From Octopus sinensis (taxonomy: Eukaryota): a stretch of DNA of 64,000 nt. The DNA lies in assembly GCF_006345805.1 (NCBI RefSeq), contig NC_043009.1:23188001-23252000 (forward strand), read 5' to 3'. The position numbers were made by a program, and so were the translations under genes. Below, piece after piece: positions 1-12,309 of this stretch (position 1 is its first letter; each line of letters opens with the position of its first letter). The notes under the pieces are model-generated. The model had not been told where the DNA came from. It worked only from the letters and a program-made list of their open reading frames with translations, and searched no databases.

Positions 1-230
1 CCTATTTCTTTACTACCCACAAGGGGCTAAACACAGAGAGGACAAACAAGGACAGACAAACGGATTAAGTCGATTACATCGACCCCAGTGCATAACTGGT
101 ACTTAATTTATCGACCCCGAGAGGATGAAAAGCAAAGTCGACCTCGGCGGAATTTGAACTCAGAACGTAACGGCAGGCCAAATACCGATAAGCATTTCGC
201 CCGGCGTGCTAACGTTTCTGCCAGCTTGCC
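1..230 (-). mobile_element. tRNA-derived SINE, family A
   Basis: Minus strand reads GGCAAGCTGGCAGAAACGTTAG (A-box-like), GAGTTCAAATTCC (B-box), then the central motif CTTTTCATCCTCTCGGGGTCGATAAATTAAGTACC. Related copies occur throughout the window. Confidence 0.85.
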
Positions 231-354
231 TTTTTCCAGTGACAAGTATTGCAAGATGATTGGTACTATTTTGACATACACACACACATACATACATACA
301 TACATACATACATACATACATACATACATACATACATACATACATACATACATA

Positions 355-775
355 CTAATGAAAAATCTACTTTTACTTTATCCAGATTACAAGTTCTGGT
401 TTATACCAGCAATTATTGGGGCACTGGGATATGTAACACACTGCATAAGTACCAATCTTCAGAAATTAGGCTTCTCAAAACCAGAAAGGAGATTGCCGAG
501 AATGCTGAAGACCACAGATCCAAGCCCTGACTGGAATCTAAAACTTTCCAAAAGTTCATCATTTAAGTAGAGATGAACAAATGTAGATATACTAATATAT
601 ATATGAGAATACATACATAAAATAAAACATACAAATCTGCACATATACATACACATATACATACAAAAATATCCTTTTGGTATTATAGAAATTCCAGTGA
701 AGGAGCCTTGATCAAAGTTAGAAACCAGTTCTTTCTCTATTTACAAGAAATCTCGAAATAAAACTGAATAATGAC
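355..775 (+). mobile_element. 3' fragment of an RLE-type (R4/NeSL-like) non-LTR retrotransposon
   Basis: Translation YPDYKFWFIPAIIGALGYVTHCISTNLQKLGF resembles the C-terminal IP.iiGALG motif of restriction-like-endonuclease LINEs. It is followed by a 3' UTR with AATAAA and flanked by (CATA)n; parts are re-duplicated at ~905-1050. Confidence 0.55.
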
Positions 776-856
776 ATATACATACACACACACATACATA
801 CATACATACAATACATACATACATACATACATACATACACACACACATACATACAT

Positions 857-895
<39 letters not shown>

Positions 896-1083
896 TTCAT
901 GACAACTTATTTTATGTGTAAATTCCAATGAAAGAACCTTGCTTCTGGGCTAGGGACTGGTTATTTCATAATATCAGAAAACTGAAATATTGGGGCACTG
1001 GGATATATAACACACTGTCTAAGAACTAATCGTGAAGAATTAGATTTCTATACAAATATATTCACTTCAACATTTAAGTTTAA

Positions 1084-1133
1084 TTTGTCAAAATATTTTC
1101 GTCGCTAAAATCCGCGACCTGTTCACTGACAAA
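1084..1133 (-). ncRNA. Hammerhead ribozyme-like motif (minimal type I, G3:C8 variant core)
   Basis: Minus strand: TTTGTCA-GTGAACA-G-GTCGC(ggatttta)GCGAC-GAA-AATATT-T-TGACAAA. This gives a 7-bp stem I, a 5-bp stem II and a palindromic stem III. Confidence 0.6.
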
Positions 1134-1204
1134 ATCCGTGCTGTGCATTGTTTTCGTTCCAGCACACGATCTCAGATCAAATCACTTGCTATGCGAGTAC
1201 ATCT

Positions 1205-1280
<76 letters not shown>

Positions 1281-1586
1281 CATTACAAACATGCTGTATA
1301 TGGCATCAGTTCGATCCCTTTAAGTTCCTGGAGCTTATCTGACTAATAAAGAATATTCTTAAATAGTCAGAACTTTAGTCTCGGTCACAAAGAACATCTA
1401 CGCACCCCGTGCCCTCACCCACCGATGACCGCTGCCTGCCCGTTAAAATCTTCACGCAACCCCCCCACCACCCGTTTTCAACATACATTGATAAACAGTT
1501 TGGCCATGGGCGCTTAGGAGCCTCGTTCGATTTGATTTGCTCCACCTCTGTTCTGTTTTTGTTTTTTCCAACGGATTTCCTATTTC

Positions 1587-1666
1587 TTCCTGAAGAGAAA
1601 GACACAATATGGTCTCATTATTCAATCGGAATTTGGTAAATTGTGCCTTTCGAAACACGTGTAGAA
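1587..1666 (+). ncRNA. Hammerhead ribozyme (type I, canonical core)
   Basis: TTC-CTGAAGA-GAAAGACACAAT(31-nt loop)ATTGTGCCTTTC-GAA-ACACGTGT-A-GAA: canonical CUGANGA/GAAA core, 12-bp stem II with one mismatch, palindromic stem III, GUA cleavage triplet. Confidence 0.75.
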
Positions 1667-1770
1667 TGCATATAAAACGATTCTGTTAATCTTCGTTCAA
1701 CTCCATTTCTTTCAATTCACTAATAATATAATAATATATATAGATATAGATATAATCGATATATATATAT

Positions 1771-1821
<51 letters not shown>

Positions 1822-1994
1822 ACATATACATACATACGATACATATATAATATGTGCATATATATACATATATATATGATGCATATATATATATATGATG
1901 TATGTATGTACGTACACAAACGCCCACATATCTATCTATCTATCTGTCTGGACGTATACACACACACACAACACACACACACACACACACACAC

Positions 1995-2039
<45 letters not shown>

Positions 2040-2100
2040 TATACTCTGCTATGTATTGAGTACCTTATTTACTGTGGTTAACCCCGAATCAACCCGGGCC

Positions 2101-2150
<50 letters not shown>

Positions 2151-2714
2151 ATACATCAATGCATGTATATAAATCTATATCTATTTCTGTCTATAGTAAC
2201 ACATGCATACCTGGACACAGTGTTGGACAGTTGTTTTTCTGACATCTGGCGGAGAAACGAATAAATGACTTTGAAATCTATATATAACAGCAATATATAT
2301 CAAGTAAAGCTCCTAAGTGTAAATTTTGAAAATGAAATATCTCAGATTTTGAGCTTCTCCTTACGCGTTGCGAAGTGCATCAAGATGTGTACATAGGATA
2401 ACCTAGTCTTCGATCAATAAAAATAAATACTTCTTAGAATACAAGAAATATGAGCAATCTCCAGAAATCTCCATCAAAGGAAGTTTAGCGCAATATAAAC
2501 TAAAATATTATGTACGGTAGCTGAATTAAAAATATTATACATTGAAATAAATATATATTATATCAGACAATTTGGTTTTCTGGAACTTATGCGTTCAGAT
2601 AAACATTAGCAGAACCTTTTACAGCCGGAAAACAAATTATATGTTAGAATTTAAGCGGGTTATGCAAACCGCTGCAGAGAATATGTAAAGCCATGAGGTG
2701 TTGATTAAATATTG

Positions 2715-3100
2715 GTTTAAAATTTTGACCCAAGGTCAGCAAGTTCGAGTGAGGAGGCAAGTCGATTGCATCAACCCAAGTACTCAATTAATACTTATTT
2801 TATCGACCCCGTAAGGGTGAAACAATGTCGTCGTCGGCGGAATCTGAACTTAGAATGTAAAGACAGACGAAATGCTGATAAGCGCTTTGCTCGTCGCTCT
2901 AACTATTCTTATTTCTTTATTGCCCACAAGGGACTAAACATAGAAGGGAGAAACAAGGACAGACAAAGGGATTAATTTATCGACCCCGAAAGGATGAAAG
3001 GCAATGTCGACCTCTGTGGAATTTGAACTCAGAACGTAACGGCAGACAAAATACCGCTAGGCATTTCGAGCGGCGTGCTAACGGTTCTGCCAGCTCGCCT
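2715..3100 (-). mobile_element. Two adjacent family-A SINE copies
   Basis: Two matches to TTTATCGACCCCG.AAGG.TGAAA...GGAAT.TGAACT.AGAA, the same family as 1-230. Confidence 0.8.
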
Positions 3101-3385
3101 TCTTTCTATTCTGCCAACTCGCATCGTCTTCATTAGGTGCCGTGTCCAGAATATAGGACATAGGGAATCATGTCCTGCCACAATTCTTTGTTCTTTGCAA
3201 CTCTATATTTCTGATTTGAGTCAGGTATATTATGTATTAGTATTAATCAGAGTGATGTCCTTATCCTGGTGGTTGTTTTCACTACGTTTCGGCTGTTGTA
3301 CGCTCCAGCCTTACACACACACGCACGCACGCACATACACACACACACACACACACGCACGCACACACACGCACGCACGCACACA

Positions 3386-3643
3386 TGACTGTTGAACGAT
3401 GAAAATGAGTGTTCAACACCTCATTGCTGCATAGAATTTATTTATTTGTGTGTTAAGGCTACCATTAGTTTCATGTTATGTAAAATATCTTAATGCCTTA
3501 ACAATTTCTCAAGCCGATTACATGGAGGAATGGTGTTCGTTCCATTTTGGATCAAAACACAAAGTCTCGTTGAATACGCGGAGGTTCTTGTAAAGAAACC
3601 AATAACTCAAGGGGTTCTATTCTTGGATGACATCTTTTGAGTG

Positions 3644-3678
<35 letters not shown>

Positions 3679-3962
3679 GCGCGCGCGCACACACACACAC
3701 ACGTGACTGTCGAACGATGAAAATGAGTGCTCAACACCTCATTGCTGGATAGAATTGATCTATTTGTGTGTTAAAGATACCATTAGTTTCATGATAAGTA
3801 AAATATCTTTATACTTTAACAATTTTTCAAGCCGATTACATGGAGGAATGGTGTTCATTCCATTTTGTATCCAAACACAGTCTCTTTGAATACGCGGAGG
3901 TTCTTGTAAAGATACCAATAATTCACGGGGTGCTACTCTTGGATGACATCTTTTGAGTGGTT
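3386..3962. repeat. Tandem duplication with a ~318-bp period, including a (CA)n spacer
   Basis: TGACTGT.GAACGATGAAAATGAGTG.TCAACACCTCATTGCTG ... GATGACATCTTTTGAGTGGTTT occurs at ~3386-3648 and ~3704-3962. Confidence 0.9.
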
Positions 3963-4403
3963 TTACACACACACACACATACACACATTTATAGGGTTTT
4001 ATAAATGACTAAGGAAGTTTTCCTCAACACCACATTGACAGACTGTGAATTATTTATAAATTCAGCCAGCATATAAAATTCCCGCCACATTTTTTCAGTA
4101 ACCATCTTTAAAAATGGCTGCACCTTCATAAACATCTTACGGTATTTGGCGTTGACTGAGGAATACCGCTGATATACAACAATATATTAGTTATATGAAA
4201 CCGTTTTATCAACTTCATAACTCAATACACACACTCACATCTATGCATGAACGTATGTATTTGTGTACGCGTGTCATTATCAACGGGCAGCTTCTGGTTT
4301 TTGTTTGGTTTTAATGTTATCTGACCTTAGAGTTGTATTTATCTTCTGCCAGCGATAGCGTTAAATATTTGAAGATTTGGAGCAAAAATTGTATGTTGAA
4401 CTA

Positions 4404-4957
4404 TTGGGTTGTCCGGAATGTTAGTGCCGATTTTTAAAGGAAAAGGTCAATAAATACTTGCCATTACATTTTTAATCAACCAAATATGAACCATTTTGTT
4501 GCACAATGCGTCTCCATCTTTCCTTTAACTTGAAAATACCCTCTTCCCAGAATTGAGGTGGTTTCATTGGCAAAGAAACCACCTTTTGACGTCATGCAAA
4601 GAATTGAAATTTTTACCATTAAGACTATTCTGCAGAGATCTGAATAAGTGGAAATCCGAAGGAGCAATATCTGGTGAATATGGAGGGTGGGGTAGCTCAT
4701 CCCAGCTGAGCTGCAGCAATTTTTGTCTGGTTCCCAAAGCATTAATTTCCGAAAATGAACTTTCTTATCTTCCATTTTAAAGGGTTACAAAATTAACACA
4801 GGTTATAGGAACATAAACCTTCTTCCACGAAAAGATAGCTTAAACTGTGTTTTAAATGGAGGTGTAGTCAAATCCTATTTTATGGACTCAACCATGTTCT
4901 AAAATATATCGAAAGGTAAGCTGCTATAATTCGGCACGAACTTTCCGGACAGCCCAA
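4404..4957 (-). mobile_element. Internally deleted mariner (Tc1/mariner) transposon
   Basis: TIRs TTGGGTTGTCCGGAATGTTAGTGCCGA and TCGGCACGAACTTTCCGGACAGCCCAA with TA on both flanks. The minus strand encodes N-terminal MEDKKVHFRKLMLWE fused to C-terminal WDELPHPPYSPDIAPSDFHLFRSLQN (mariner YSPDxAPxD motif). Confidence 0.92.
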
Positions 4958-6316
4958 TATTTTTGCTTATATATGTGATATTGTTATATATGACTTTTGT
5001 ATGTAGTGATAGGAATTTGATAATGAAAGGGCCGAGCAAAAAGTGGGACGATCTTTCATATATTTTCGATACCACATGCGCGCGCGCACACACACACACA
5101 TGCACGCATACACTCAGATAGACTCTCTGTACGTTTATCTGTCTGTCTCTCTCTTGCCTGCACGTTCACATATAATGTATTGTCCGTCGATATTGAATTG
5201 TTCGAATAACAAAATGTAGATTAACGCGTGAAGCGGCTGAGTTTTCAGCAGAAGCATGTATTATTAATGTAATTCTCACATAGAATAGTCGAGACATAGC
5301 GATGGACCTGTAAATTACAGATACAAGACAACCAACAGTCTTCCATAATTTTCCATTCACTTAGAAAGCTTGGGGCCACCTCATCATCATCATCATCATA
5401 ATCATCACCATCATCACCGTCGTCGTCGTCGTTATCAGTATCGTAATCATTATTATCGTCGTCGTCGTCGTCATCATCATCATCATCTTTACAAGGTTTC
5501 CACGGCATATAAGGGACCAAGATCACAAGATTCCCCGTGAACGGGACGTCATTTTGTCTTAAGGTTATACATTTACGACTTGGAGCGGAGCAACGGGAAA
5601 ATAAGGTGTTTTTTGCTGAAGAAGATACCGTACTACGCTGTCCGAGAAACGAAACCGCGATCTCGCGATCGTGAGAGCAACGTCCAAACCACTAAGTCAC
5701 ATCAAGCTAGAATAAAAGAATGTCTAAGATGCGACGCAAAGGGATCGAACTTCTGACCTCGTGATTGTGAAGTGAACTTCTTAACCATTCGGTCGTGTTG
5801 CGTCCAAATTCGCTCACACACACATACACTCGCATACACACGCGTCATATTAGTGGAAGCGTTTAGCCTAGTGGTTATGGAGGCTCTGCTCGTGTTAATA
5901 ATGCTGTAGGTTCAATACTTTGACCGGACGGTGTGTTCTATTTTTTTTAAATAGCGGAACACATCACTTTACATTACATTGCATTAATCCACTCAGCTAC
6001 AAATGAATACCAGCCAAGTTCTCACATCCTTGATGCTCCACCAGGTGGAAGGTGAGGGCACTGAGAAGGTGCCTATGTCTGCTCGCGATTACATAAATAC
6101 CTAAAACAATTAGGGAATGCATGGTACATGGTACCGAGCCAGTACAGTGCAATGGTAGTACGTGTCAGTATATACAGTATAGAGTTTCAAACAGGGCATT
6201 TCAAAACTACGTGTTCCTCGAATACACACCACACTCACACATATACGTATGTATACACACACACATATATATATATACAAATATAGGTATATTGTTTACA
6301 TATATATATATATATA

Positions 6317-6351
<35 letters not shown>

Positions 6352-6361
6352 CATGTAAACA

Positions 6362-6400
<39 letters not shown>

Positions 6401-6402
6401 TA

Positions 6403-6489
<87 letters not shown>

Positions 6490-6490
<1 letters not shown>

Positions 6491-6858
6491 TAGCACTATG
6501 ACCCGCAACGCCGGGTCATAGTGCTAGTGCATGCATATACAGCTGCGTGCGTGCGCACATACATACGAGTACTGTCCAAATCTCCGACCAACCATATACA
6601 GCTAGCTGGCATTCAATTGGCGTATCAAGTTTCGGGCATTTTGATTGGGTTTGGATAGAAAATTCACAAAAATGTCATTTCTATTGATTTTTTAATGGCT
6701 TTGCGGGGTGACTGGGGAAATGTAAAGATGTGCACGACCACCCTTGGACGGTTTTGAATGACCATAGAAAGTGCGAACCCTCTAACTGAAAAATTGTGGA
6801 TTTGTATAAAGGACACGCACGCACACACACACAGAGACATTTTGCCGTTTATATATAT
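6490..6858 (-). mobile_element. Non-autonomous Helitron-like element
   Basis: CTAG 3' end with GC-rich subterminal CAACGCCGGG hairpin, inserted in (TA)n. The opposite end resembles Helitron 5' TATATATAAA...GTGTGTG. Confidence 0.6.
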
Positions 6859-6859
6859 A

Positions 6860-7208
6860 CTAGCAGTATCGCCCGGCGTTGCTCGGGTTTGTTTCGACCC
6901 ACTGGAATTGTAATTTTGAAAAGTAAAAATTTTGTGAACATTTATCTGGTCGAAATACACCGAAAAGTGGCGACACAGCAGTGAAAAAATCGTAAAAAAT
7001 AGGGATTTTCATAGAAAAAAGCAGCTTTTTGATGTAAATAATTTTTGGTGTTAACATGGTCCGATTTGAATTTTATGTTCAACGGAAGGAAGAGCAACCC
7101 TTCTTCTATCATACTCTCAATTTTGGTCAACTTGCGCCGCAGGGTCTCGGAGGAGATAGTGTTAGTTGAAGGTTACCAAACGTGACGCACACAGACAACT
7201 TCAGCTTG
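6860..7208 (-). mobile_element. Non-autonomous Helitron (family HelA)
   Basis: Begins CTAGCAGTATCGCCCGGCGTTGCTCGGG (3' CTAG plus hairpin on the minus strand); closely similar to 56741-57131. Confidence 0.8.
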
Positions 7209-8343
7209 GTATCGCAGAGTGGTCCCGGTTGCGCACACGCGGATTCGCGCGTGCGCGCGAGCCAGACGTAGGTACTCGATACTCGATCGCCCTTAAATAA
7301 TTACTTTTTTTTACAGAAACGCGAACGTATATAACGCGCAAAATTATTCCGTAGAATTTATCAAATTAAATAACGCAAAATTAATATATTTTTTGAAATT
7401 GCAAATTATTTAGAATATAAAAATCTGGCTGCTATTTTTAGGTGCCTGAGTAACAACCTCGCGGATTTACAGATAAATGAATTAATTACTATTTTACAGA
7501 ATAAAATTAATGAATTAATTATATAAATTAAATAATTCTTGAAAATTAATTAATATCAATAATATTTTTTGAACAAAGTAAATAATTTTTAAAACTTAAA
7601 TGATAATTTTTTTTTTACACAAACGCGAACGGGGAAAAGGGGGTGGCGAATTCGATTTTTTTATTTTCGTTGAATGAATTGAATGAATAGAAAAAATGTA
7701 TAATATATGTTGTACATACCTTAATTTTTTCTTTTTCATGACATTGTAGCAAAATAGTAGTGAATTATATAAATACCAGCAGTACATTTTTTTTTCTGGG
7801 GTATTTTTTTTCAACCTCGTCACATATTTGCACCTTTCAATTTAAACAAAGTCTTAATTAAGCAATACGGCACGCGCTTAGCAATGGTTTCAATACAGGC
7901 GTGACATCTGTATCTCAATTGTTCAAACCCTTCGAATTTTTTCGCACGGTGATGATATCATAGTGAAAACTTTCAATTACGCGCGCTTAGAAGTACGCTC
8001 GCCAATTAATACTACCAAAATTTTGAAGTTCGCGCTCCGCTTGTGTGTGTGTGTGTGTGCGTGCTTTAGGTGTACGTAGGTATGTGTTTTTGTGTGTGGT
8101 GTTCACTGAAGCCATACATACTATATACATACATAACTCTCTCTCTCTTTTCTCTCTCAGTCACTCACTACAAAAAGTGAATAAAAAAAGTTCATTTATC
8201 TCTGTCTTTCACTCTCTCTGTCTCTTTACACACACTAACAAAAGCACTTCACTTACACACCACACTTTCTGTGTCGCACAACCCATCAAACACACACACA
8301 CACACACACACACAGACACACACGCACAGACACACACGCACAC

Positions 8344-8391
<48 letters not shown>

Positions 8392-8986
8392 AGCTTACAA
8401 TGTCTGTCAACAATTTACACTGTCGTATATATTAGCGTGTCTATGTGTGTAAATAGGAAGTGGGAGTGAAAAGTTAAAATATTGAGTTTTCTTGAATTTT
8501 GTCTTAATTGGGGGTGAAATTGAAAGAAATTTTGTATGGCATGAGCGAATGGAATTACTTTTGAATCACAGGTAAACTCTAATTGAAGAAATTGTGTGAG
8601 GAGTCAATCGTTATGTATCTATTGTTTCTGTTATAGCATGAGTGATCCGTTTTATAGAATACTTTCAGTTAATCGTTGCACAATTGCAAAGAGAAAGTCG
8701 TAGAAATGAGAGTGATAGCGTGAGTGAATCAGATCGCTCCCTTTTTGTGTGTGTGTGTGTGCGAGTGCTGTAGCCCACACTAAGAAAAGCATTTGACTTA
8801 TACACCACAATGTGAGCTTTCTCTAAATTTTTCTTATTGGGGTTGAAATTTTAAAAACTGGACCTGGCACGACCCGATGCATTCTACTCTTAAAAATGCT
8901 AGGTAAATTGTAATTGAAGAAATCCTATATTGTAGATTTCTATAAGATACAAAGGAGGCAGAATAAATCTGCCTTTTATAATAAGA
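7209..8986 (-). mobile_element. Helitron-like element (family HelB), 5' end at ~8986; lower boundary uncertain
   Basis: Minus-strand 5' terminus A|TCTTATTATAAAAGGCAGATTT is shared with copies ending at ~30051 and ~31497, along with shared internal blocks. Confidence 0.6.
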
Positions 8987-9894
8987 TATATATATATATA
9001 TAATATATATATATATAGACATTGGGAAATCAAACGAACATTAAAATTAACAAACAAGAAGACGTGAAACAAGATATTTATGTGTGTATGTGTGTGTATG
9101 TGCGTGTATATATATATATAATACATGTGCATATACAAAAATTAACATATATTTATATATCTTCTCTATATATAAAACTGAAATGCGTTTTTACCGCTTG
9201 GATCGCTTTCAATGCCACTACATCCCGTCCGATTCGCTCCAAAATTTACAGGGACATGTAGAATGAGGTGACGATGCCCGTGGGCTACCTTAGAAATCCA
9301 TATCTTGAAAGGTGTGGTTGCTAGGGGCCATCTTCCTCACTCACGCTATTTCCCCCTTTCCCTCTCTTACTCCCCTTCATTTATAACTTTGAGAAGTCCA
9401 CTCCCGTTATTTAATGTATTCCCCTCAACTCCCTTTCACTTTCCCTTTATAAGTTCGTCAGGCGGCTTTCTTTGATGTATCTGTCTGCATTCATAGGGAG
9501 AATTATCATCGCTACCAACAACACACAATCATGAGAACAAATATTATGAATCAGATATTCATTGCGTTCATTTATATATGTGTGTGTGTGTGTGTGTGTG
9601 TTCGATATATAAATATGTATATATAATGTATATATACAAAGTGTATATATCTGTATTTATGTATATTAAACTTTTTAATACTTTTTGATAGTTATATATA
9701 TTTTTAAACAAATTATAAATATAATTTAATAATTTTTATTTTAAATTTAAATAATTTAAATTTTTCAATTTTATATATTTTCTATATTATATTTTTATTT
9801 TTATGTGTTTGTTTTTGTTTTTTTTTGCCTATTAGTGGTTTTATCTCTAATTTAATTTATACATATATATATATAATTTGTATATATAATGCGT

Positions 9895-9977
<83 letters not shown>

Positions 9978-10028
9978 GTGTGCATTATGTGGTCGGTCGG
10001 TTCAGCTGAAAATATGCACACCTATGAA

Positions 10029-11070
10029 CCCTTTCGTTACTATATTTCTGACCAAAATACACCCCTTATGTGTTTCAATTAATTTCTAACATAACCATAA
10101 AGTTAGTCTGGTTTCATTAAACAACTATAACTTTTTTATTTATCAATATATTAATGTGATTTTGGAAGATAATTGAATGAAATGTTCTCAACCAATTCTA
10201 TACTACAATCTTTGTCACAAAGTGACTCTAATTGCAGGTAGATACAGGTAAATTCAACAAAATATAAAATTATTAAGATTTTGTTCAAACATCGCTATAG
10301 AAAATGGGTTATTAGCTAATATTCAATTGGGTATACAACAAAATTTTACGATAGAATTTGTTATTCGGGGTAACTTTCTGATACCCATAATAATATTTAT
10401 GGCAAAATAGTCTTAATTTCATTTAAGGTTGTGGGAAACCACAAACTATCCTTTCATTCGCTTTGTTTACATTCAGCGTAACAGTTCGTTTCCGCCGTAG
10501 GCTCATTCGAAAAAGTAAAAAGAAATAGTCTAAGTCTTTACTCTCCTGGGAAAATCACCAAAAGAAACAGTTTTTAAATTTTCACTCCATTCAGGTGCCA
10601 ATTCATTTTCTTTATCGCTGTCGGAGATCTCGGATTCTCTGTTTTCACTTTCGGAAAATGAAACATCAGATTCATTATCAAATACCACATGCTTTTTTCT
10701 TTCAGTCATAGAGTTAGATTTATCAAGGTCTTCAGTAGAAAATCCTTCGAATTCTGATTCGCTGCTTGATATGATGAAATTCGTATCCATTTTTTGTCAG
10801 AATTATAAAGTTTGAAAACACAATAGGAACAAATTTTGGAAAAAAATCTCCCAAAATTCACGGAATTAAAATTACACTTCGATCGTTGTACAAAACTGTA
10901 GATGAACTGTTTACGAAGTATAATCACGTGTTTTCACGAATGTAATAAAGAGATTTGCTCTGATATTCTCATTTAAATATGAATAGGTAAATACGGGCGG
11001 GTTTGGGCGGTTTGGTCACATTAACCAAACATTTTTTCGGGCGGCTTTGGGCGGTTTGGTAACGAAAGGG
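10029..11070 (-). mobile_element. Non-autonomous piggyBac-like transposon
   Basis: TIRs CCCTTTCGTTAC / GTAACGAAAGGG; right flank TTAA, left flank TGAA. It retains an acidic transposase-like N-terminus (MDTNFIISSSESEFEGFSTEDL...APEWSENLK, 10530-10790). Confidence 0.85.
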
Positions 11071-11831
11071 TTAAAAGTGCTGGCAAGTTTGCATGACAAC
11101 TATTTTTTCCTCAAATGAAAGGCGTGACCTCTAGGACAAAATTCCTCATCTTATAAAATGTGGCCCCAGTAGACCCGAATGAAATCGGGTTATATTAACC
11201 AAAAGGTGAAAAGGGGTATAAATGGGGCTGGAAGGGGATTAAAATTTACAGGAGCGAGTGTTTAGAAATTCTCTGTTACATCAAGTTAAAAAATTTGCGC
11301 CAGCCTTTTAATCTTCAATGTGTTGCCGTCCATGATGAAGAGGTTTTGAATGCTTGCCATGGTGAGTCTACTGTCGTGAGAAAGAATCACTTCAAAACTT
11401 GGTGTTTACAAATTTTCTTTTACATCAAGTTCAAAATTTTACGCCATCCGTTAAACTGTCAATACGTTGCTGTCCGTCGTTAAGAAATGCCAGTCATGGT
11501 GACTCTACTATCCTCAGATTCTATCCCTTCAAACTTTGGTTTCCAATATTTTATTATTTTTATTCAGCTCGCAAGTTCGTCTGTTCCTTTTAAATGTTAG
11601 CGTTTTGCTGTCTGCCTTGAAGCAGACCTTTCCGTTGCCACTGCCTGATATTTATGATTGATCTTTCTAAATATATTATTTCTCAACTTACTCAAGATCT
11701 TTTGTTGTTTATAAATGGGAGAGAGATAGATAAAGATAGAGAGTAAGAGAAAGCGAGGGAGAGTCCGAGAGAAAAGAAAAGTAAGAGAGTGGGAAAGTGA
11801 GAGAGAAAGGAGAGAGAAACAAAAAGGGAGA

Positions 11832-12150
11832 ATCATCATCATCATCATCATCATCGTTTAACGTCCATTTTCTGTCCTAGCACGGGTTGGACAGTTTGAC
11901 CGGGGTCTGGGAAGCCAGGAGGCTGCACCAGGCTCCAGTCTGATCTGGCAATGTTTCTACAGGTGGATGACCTTCCTAACGCCAACCACTCTGTGAGTGT
12001 AGTGGGTGCTTTTTTCGTGCCGCTGGCACAGGTGCCAGGGGGGCTCGCAGCGGCAACGATCGGTTGGTGCTTTTTACGTGCCACTGGCACAGAAGCCAGT
12101 CAAGGCGGCGCTGCAATCGGCCACGTTCGGATGGTGGTTTTTACGTGCTG
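11832..12150 (-). mobile_element. SINE 3' part with (GAT)n tail
   Basis: Minus strand has GGTTGGCGTTAGGAAGGTCATCCACCTGTAGAAAC and ends GGACGTTAAACGATGATGATGAT; internal repeats of GGTGCTTTTTACGTGCC. Confidence 0.7.
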
Positions 12151-12231
12151 AAAGAAAGCAACAGAAAGTAACAACCACACTCTTACCCGCGCGTAGAGCG
12201 GGTCACCTTCAGCTAGTCTATATATATAGCA

Positions 12232-12278
12232 AAAACTGTCCGACGAACGGGAACGTGAAACTCAGAGTAACAGGTTTT
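12232..12278 (+). ncRNA. Hammerhead ribozyme-like motif (type I, U4C)
   Basis: AAAACTGT-CCGACGA-ACG(ggaa)CGT-GAA-ACTC(a)GAGT-A-ACAGGTTTT: all three stems form, with a GUA triplet and AATAAA ~25 nt downstream. Confidence 0.65.
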
Positions 12279-12309
12279 GTTGAATTTTCTGCTGCTTTTG
12301 AATAAAGTA

